Of a stretch of DNA of 64,000 nt, positions 63,301 to 64,000 are shown piece by piece (within the stretch, counting starts at the first letter, position 1; every line of letters begins with the position of its first letter). The DNA is from Trichoplax adhaerens (taxonomy: Eukaryota; Animalia; Placozoa). The notes under the pieces were generated by a model. That model was not told the origin of the DNA. It did no database searches and saw nothing but the letters and a program-made list of their open reading frames with translations. The position numbers and the translations under genes are program-made. The DNA lies in the NCBI RefSeq assembly GCF_000150275.1, contig NW_002060949.1, forward strand, positions 457,861 through 521,860, written 5' to 3'.

Positions 63301-64000
63301 CAGGTATCAACTTACCGACGTTGAGATGGAGAAATTTCAATAACATCTACATCCTGACTACGCTTTGCAAGAACCATCCGCAAAGTTGTTTCTCCGGTTT
63401 TAAAAAGACCGCAATAAACCAAATAACATGCTGTAACTAGGACAGAAGTACTTTTTCCATCCTATTGAGATCGTTGTCATCGTTTAGTGATATCGTAATT
63501 TCCAATATCTTAATCAAAAATTTTATTTCACCTTGCAATGAATAATAGCAACATTTTTACTGTCTTTACTCAGCCAACTATCAATAGCACGGCATACAGC
63601 AAATAGATGATTCAATGATAACAATCTTCTTGACGGTGTACAAAAATGTGTAACCTAGATTAGGTAAAATCGCGGTCAGTCCAGTACAAAAGTTAGATCA
63701 TACCAGAAATGGACTTAATAAGAATTATAACTTACGGCACTATTCAAGACAGTGGTATCATACATTTTCGGTGAAACATTGAACACGTGATAGCTTTGTG
63801 GATGTGACCTTTCAAGAAAGTTTCGAACTTCCTCGATTGGATTCTGCCTTGTTGATTCGTGACCACGGATAGATGGAAACGGCATAACTATAGCGTGCAA
63901 CATGGATGCAGTTATTTATATCAATATCAGATAAAGTTCTATGCTCTCAGTAGTAGTATTTAGACGTTAGGAATGTATTATGATCATATAACGAAGAAAA
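60350..64000 (-). CDS. GAK: Cyclin-G-associated kinase / auxilin (DNAJC6-like), 3' part: PTEN-like phosphatase, C2, clathrin/AP2-binding region, J domain
   Basis: IVMPFPS...RQNPIEEVRNFLERSHPQSYHVFNVS; IIHCKDGKSTS; SPSQRR; ITPVPLFNKAR.GCRPYIEV; FQLQIHT; DPF motifs and the LINLE clathrin box in exon 61069-62196; DWVGGQKGNIRALLCSLHTAVW...VKKYYRKACLCIHPDK...ELNEAWTEF. Stop TGA at 60350-60352; the 5' end, including any kinase domain, lies outside the window. Confidence 0.93.

Overview
AT-rich, gene-dense eukaryotic DNA with many short (about 60-150 nt) GT-AG introns and a metazoan gene set. The style fits a compact early-branching animal such as a placozoan (Trichoplax-like); this is inference only. 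I assembled exons by hand on both strands and found 10 genes: EBP2 (-, 3' end outside the window), WDR36/UTP21 (+), an orphan with a myristoylation-like N-terminus and C-terminal ubiquitin-like domain (-), long-form KDM4 (+), RNF170 (-), transportin TNPO1/2 (-), YIPF1/2 (+), FARSA (-), an adhesion GPCR (-) and the 3' part of GAK/auxilin (-). Three observations stand out. (1) The 5' regions of the housekeeping genes carry dense islands of TA-CAG-TA / TA-CTG-TA / TA-CCG-TA units in mixed orientation, the canonical Tc1/mariner excision-footprint sequence. (2) The adhesion GPCR has a Tie1/Tie2-like Ig-Ig-EGF3-Ig ectodomain joined to a latrophilin-like HRM-GAIN-7TM-PDZ-ligand body. (3) The gene set maps largely onto the human 1p/19p/9p/5q paralogy regions, which also carry TIE1/TEK and latrophilins. 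I found no tRNA, rRNA, CRISPR array or autonomous transposon. Internal exon boundaries are approximate.
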